NCBI GenBank assembly: GCA_965248435.1
Contig: OZ252100.1
Location: 4,928,001-4,992,000 of the forward strand
Length of the DNA: 64,000 nt
Reading direction: 5' to 3'
DNA from: Candidatus Latescibacterota bacterium
GTDB taxonomy: Bacteria > Latescibacterota > UBA2968 > GCA-2709665
The notes beneath the pieces were generated by a model. The model ran no database searches, was not told the origin of the DNA, and saw nothing but the letters and a program-made list of their open reading frames with translations. Within the stretch, counting starts at the first letter, position 1, and the number at the start of each line of letters is the position of its first letter. Made by a program: the position numbers and the translations under genes. Below, piece by piece: positions 61,609 through 64,000 of the stretch.

Positions 61609-61811
61609 CCCGCCGCGAGCTGGTGCTGCCCAGGCAGGCGGACTTTACACGCGACGGGACGGTGGATTTTTTCGATTTTCTGCAGTTCATTTTGCAGTTC
61701 AACAAAACGCTTGATGATCCGGATTTCGATCCGAGGTTCGACCTGAACCGGAGCGGGTCGGTGGAATTTTTGGATTTTGTTTTGTTCGTGCAGTTGTTTG
61801 AAGGGTCGTGA
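61605..61811 (+). CDS. Dockerin/EF-hand-like domain, probably the frameshifted C-terminus of the NHL protein
   Basis: DFTRDGTVDFFDF and DLNRSGSVEFLDF; no RBS. Confidence 0.6.
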   Translation: MTRRELVLPRQADFTRDGTVDFFDFLQFILQFNKTLDDPDFDPRFDLNRSGSVEFLDFVLFVQLFEGS

Positions 61812-61827
61812 ACTCGGCGAAAGTCTA

Positions 61828-62365
61828 TGCCTCCGGCGGCCGCACAATTGCGGATTGCGGATTTGGGATTGCGGAATGAAAGGCAAAAGGGCGTGTTTTC
61901 GGAATCAGAAAATAAATGTGGTAGGAGCCAGCTCCTGCTGGCGAACCCCTTGCCTCCGGCGGCCTACTTTTCTTGTCTCGCCACAAGAAAAGTAGGCAAA
62001 AGAAGGGCGCCGCTCAGGCGCCGCGGGGGCTTCGGCCGCGGCACCTCACCCTCAGTGGAAAGGACGGTGGCGGCAATCAGGGCGGGACTCCTGCCCCGCC
62101 TGACGCCCACTATGGGACCGGCCCAGAGGGCCTAACCGCGTGGGAGGTGAAAGAACGAGGTTGCATGGGAGTCGCACACCGCGGCCCCGATGGCATCGAG
62201 CGATCCATTTCGCCACTTCCAAGACCGTGCACAAATCGGCGAGTTCCAAAATTAGAGCACATTACTTTAACCCCCGACATTTGACGACGAACCTTTACAG
62301 AGGGGGGAGGCGATCACGAGACGCATTCTTCCCCCTTTGGAAAAGGGGGACTGAGGGGGATTTCA
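61828..62365 (+). repeat. Composite repeat locus R13 (scaffold X)
   Basis: Heads at 61828 and 61951; 61828-61948 matches 33534-33647. Confidence 0.9.
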
Positions 62366-62408
62366 GAGTGAATCACCTGACAGTTGGCGACAATACGGGA
62401 GGACGTGC

Positions 62409-62978
62409 ATGGATGTCTTAGAAGCGATTGAGTCAAGAAGAACCACATTCCATTTCAAGCCAGACCCCGTGCCGAAGGATCAGATCGAGCGGATCCTGGG
62501 CTACGGGATCTGGGCGCCGAATCACCACCTGACGAACCCGTGGCGCTTCGTCGTCCTGGGCGAGGCGACCAAGCTAAAGCTGGGGGAGCGTTATCGGGAG
62601 ATCCAGATGGGGAAGGCACCTGACCACGTTCCGGACGAGGCCAGGAATACGCTGGGAGAGAAGGGGTTCCAGAAGTTCATGTCCAAGCCCACGATCGTGG
62701 CGGTGTCGTGTCTTCAGGACGGGGACGAGGAGCGGAATCGGGAGGATTACGCGGCGACATGCTGCGCGGTGCAGAACATTCAGCTCGCGGCGTGGAGTGA
62801 GGGGGTCGGCGTCCAGTGGAGCACGGGACCGATCACGAAGGAGCAGGAGACGTATGACCTGCTGGGGGTGGATAAGGAAACGGAGTTGATCATCGGATTT
62901 CTCTACACGGGCACACCCGCAGAGGTGGGCAAACCGAAGCGGACGCCGATCGAGGAAGTGCTGCGGTGGACGACCTAA
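62409..62978 (+). CDS. Nitroreductase family protein
   Basis: AI.SRR, APNH..T.PWRF and QN.QLAA motifs. Confidence 0.92.
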   Translation: MDVLEAIESRRTTFHFKPDPVPKDQIERILGYGIWAPNHHLTNPWRFVVLGEATKLKLGERYREIQMGKAPDHVPDEARNTLGEKGFQKFMSKPTIVAVSCLQDGDEERNREDYAATCCAVQNIQLAAWSEGVGVQWSTGPITKEQETYDLLGVDKETELIIGFLYTGTPAEVGKPKRTPIEEVLRWTT

Positions 62979-63011
62979 CCCCCCCCCATGTATGACCAGG
63001 CTCGTCACAAG

Positions 63012-63425
63012 TCCCCTCCTTGGAGGGGTGCCCCGAAGGGGCGGGGTGGGTGCAACCAGGATCTCAGACTGCATGCCTCCGGCGGCCTACTTTTCTTGTC
63101 TCGCCACAAGAAAAGGCCTACCGCAACCGCCACCCTGGGGCACAGCGCGGCTGTGCCCCTACACTCCAAGATTTCGCTGTAGGGGCGCGGCGTGCCGCGC
63201 CCGAGGACAAAAGAAGGGCGCCGCTCAAACGCCGCGGGGGCTTCGGCCGCGGCACCTCACCCTCAGTGGAATAAACAGTGCACGGCAGGAAGGCCAAATC
63301 CTCACCACGCGCTCGCGATCACTGAGGAACCAACCCGCTGGGAGGAGAAATGGGCTGGTTGCATCGGAGTCGCACACCGCGGCCCTGATTGTTTCGAGCG
63401 ATCTATTTCGCGAGTTTGAGAGACG
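63012..63425 (+). repeat. Composite repeat locus R14 (REP doublet, scaffold Y)
   Basis: Head at 63074. Confidence 0.9.
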
Positions 63426-63540
63426 CTAGCAACTTGAAAGTCGATTAGTTCCCGAGGTGACGATCATGGTGAATTTTCTTGAACAGGATGGATGGCTCTG
63501 ACCTTCCCTCCCCCTTCAGGGGAGGGACCGAGGGAGGGGT

Positions 63541-64000
63541 CTACGTCGCACCGGTCCTCGCCTCCTTACCGGCAAGGTCCTCGATCACGGTGAGTAGACC
63601 GGAGTGATCCAGTTCGCCACGGCCCTGGGCGAGGGCGGTGTTGAACAGTTCGTGCACGACGCTTGTTACGGGCAGCGGCGTTTTAAAGTCGTTGCCCGTT
63701 TTCATGATGATGTTGAGGTCTTTGTAGTGGAGCCGGATTCGAAAGCCCGGATCGAAGTCGCCGTTGACCATGCGTTCGCCGCGGTTTTCCAGCACGCCGC
63801 ATCGGGCGAGGCCGCCGCTGAGGACCTGGACGATCTTGATCGGGTCGACGCCGGCCTTGGCGCCCAGGACGAGGGCTTCGCTGACGCCGGCGATCGTGAC
63901 GGCGACGAGGACCTGGTTGCAGGCCTTGACGGTCTGTCCTGCACCGAGCGGGCCGCAGAGGACGATGTTCTTGCCCATAACTTCGAAGATCGGTTTCGCG
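63541..64000 (-). CDS. 2-hydroxy-3-oxopropionate reductase family protein (3' part; runs off the window)
   Basis: GAGQTVKACNQ, F.PGF...LH.KDL and DHS motifs. Confidence 0.85.
   Translation of the reverse strand, partial: AKPIFEVMGKNIVLCGPLGAGQTVKACNQVLVAVTIAGVSEALVLGAKAGVDPIKIVQVLSGGLARCGVLENRGERMVNGDFDPGFRIRLHYKDLNIIMKTGNDFKTPLPVTSVVHELFNTALAQGRGELDHSGLLTVIEDLAGKEARTGAT

Noticed and set aside
28562-63385. CRISPR array (constant flanks with variable inserts)
   Set aside because: Copies are dispersed rather than tandem, inserts recur and are 96-167 bp, and no cas genes are present
4951-63429. Recurring short ORFs such as MPPAA.., CLRRPTFL.. and HASGG..
   Set aside because: They are translations of the palindromic repeats in several frames, with inconsistent starts and stops

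Overview
GC-rich bacterial chromosomal window; the catabolic gene content plus a secreted NHL-repeat protein with a DFxxDGxVxFxDF-type C-terminal domain suggest Latescibacterota or a similar lineage (inference). The backbone carries metabolic genes (proA, kbl, queF, LarA-family, SDRs, Gfo/Idh/MocA, GGT-family, TIM-barrel isomerases, two tandem GH-like paralogues), one intact IS3, one IS30 and one internally deleted IS3. Two things stand out. (1) An island at about 16.8-26.7 kb with an integron-like array of single-gene cassettes, separated by one classical attC and five to six non-canonical TAAC...GTTA hairpin sites, next to a co-oriented, non-IntI-like tyrosine recombinase remnant and a rod-shaped candidate ncRNA. 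(2) About 14 intergenic loci (roughly 7 kb by my hand-drawn boundaries) built from a shared set of hairpin modules in varying combinations, all on the same strand. These include a conserved scaffold with three alternative inserts, an amplified fragment resembling a D-aminoacylase gene, and 22-31 bp hairpins inserted into other repeats. All calls were made by eye; no searches or folding programs were run.
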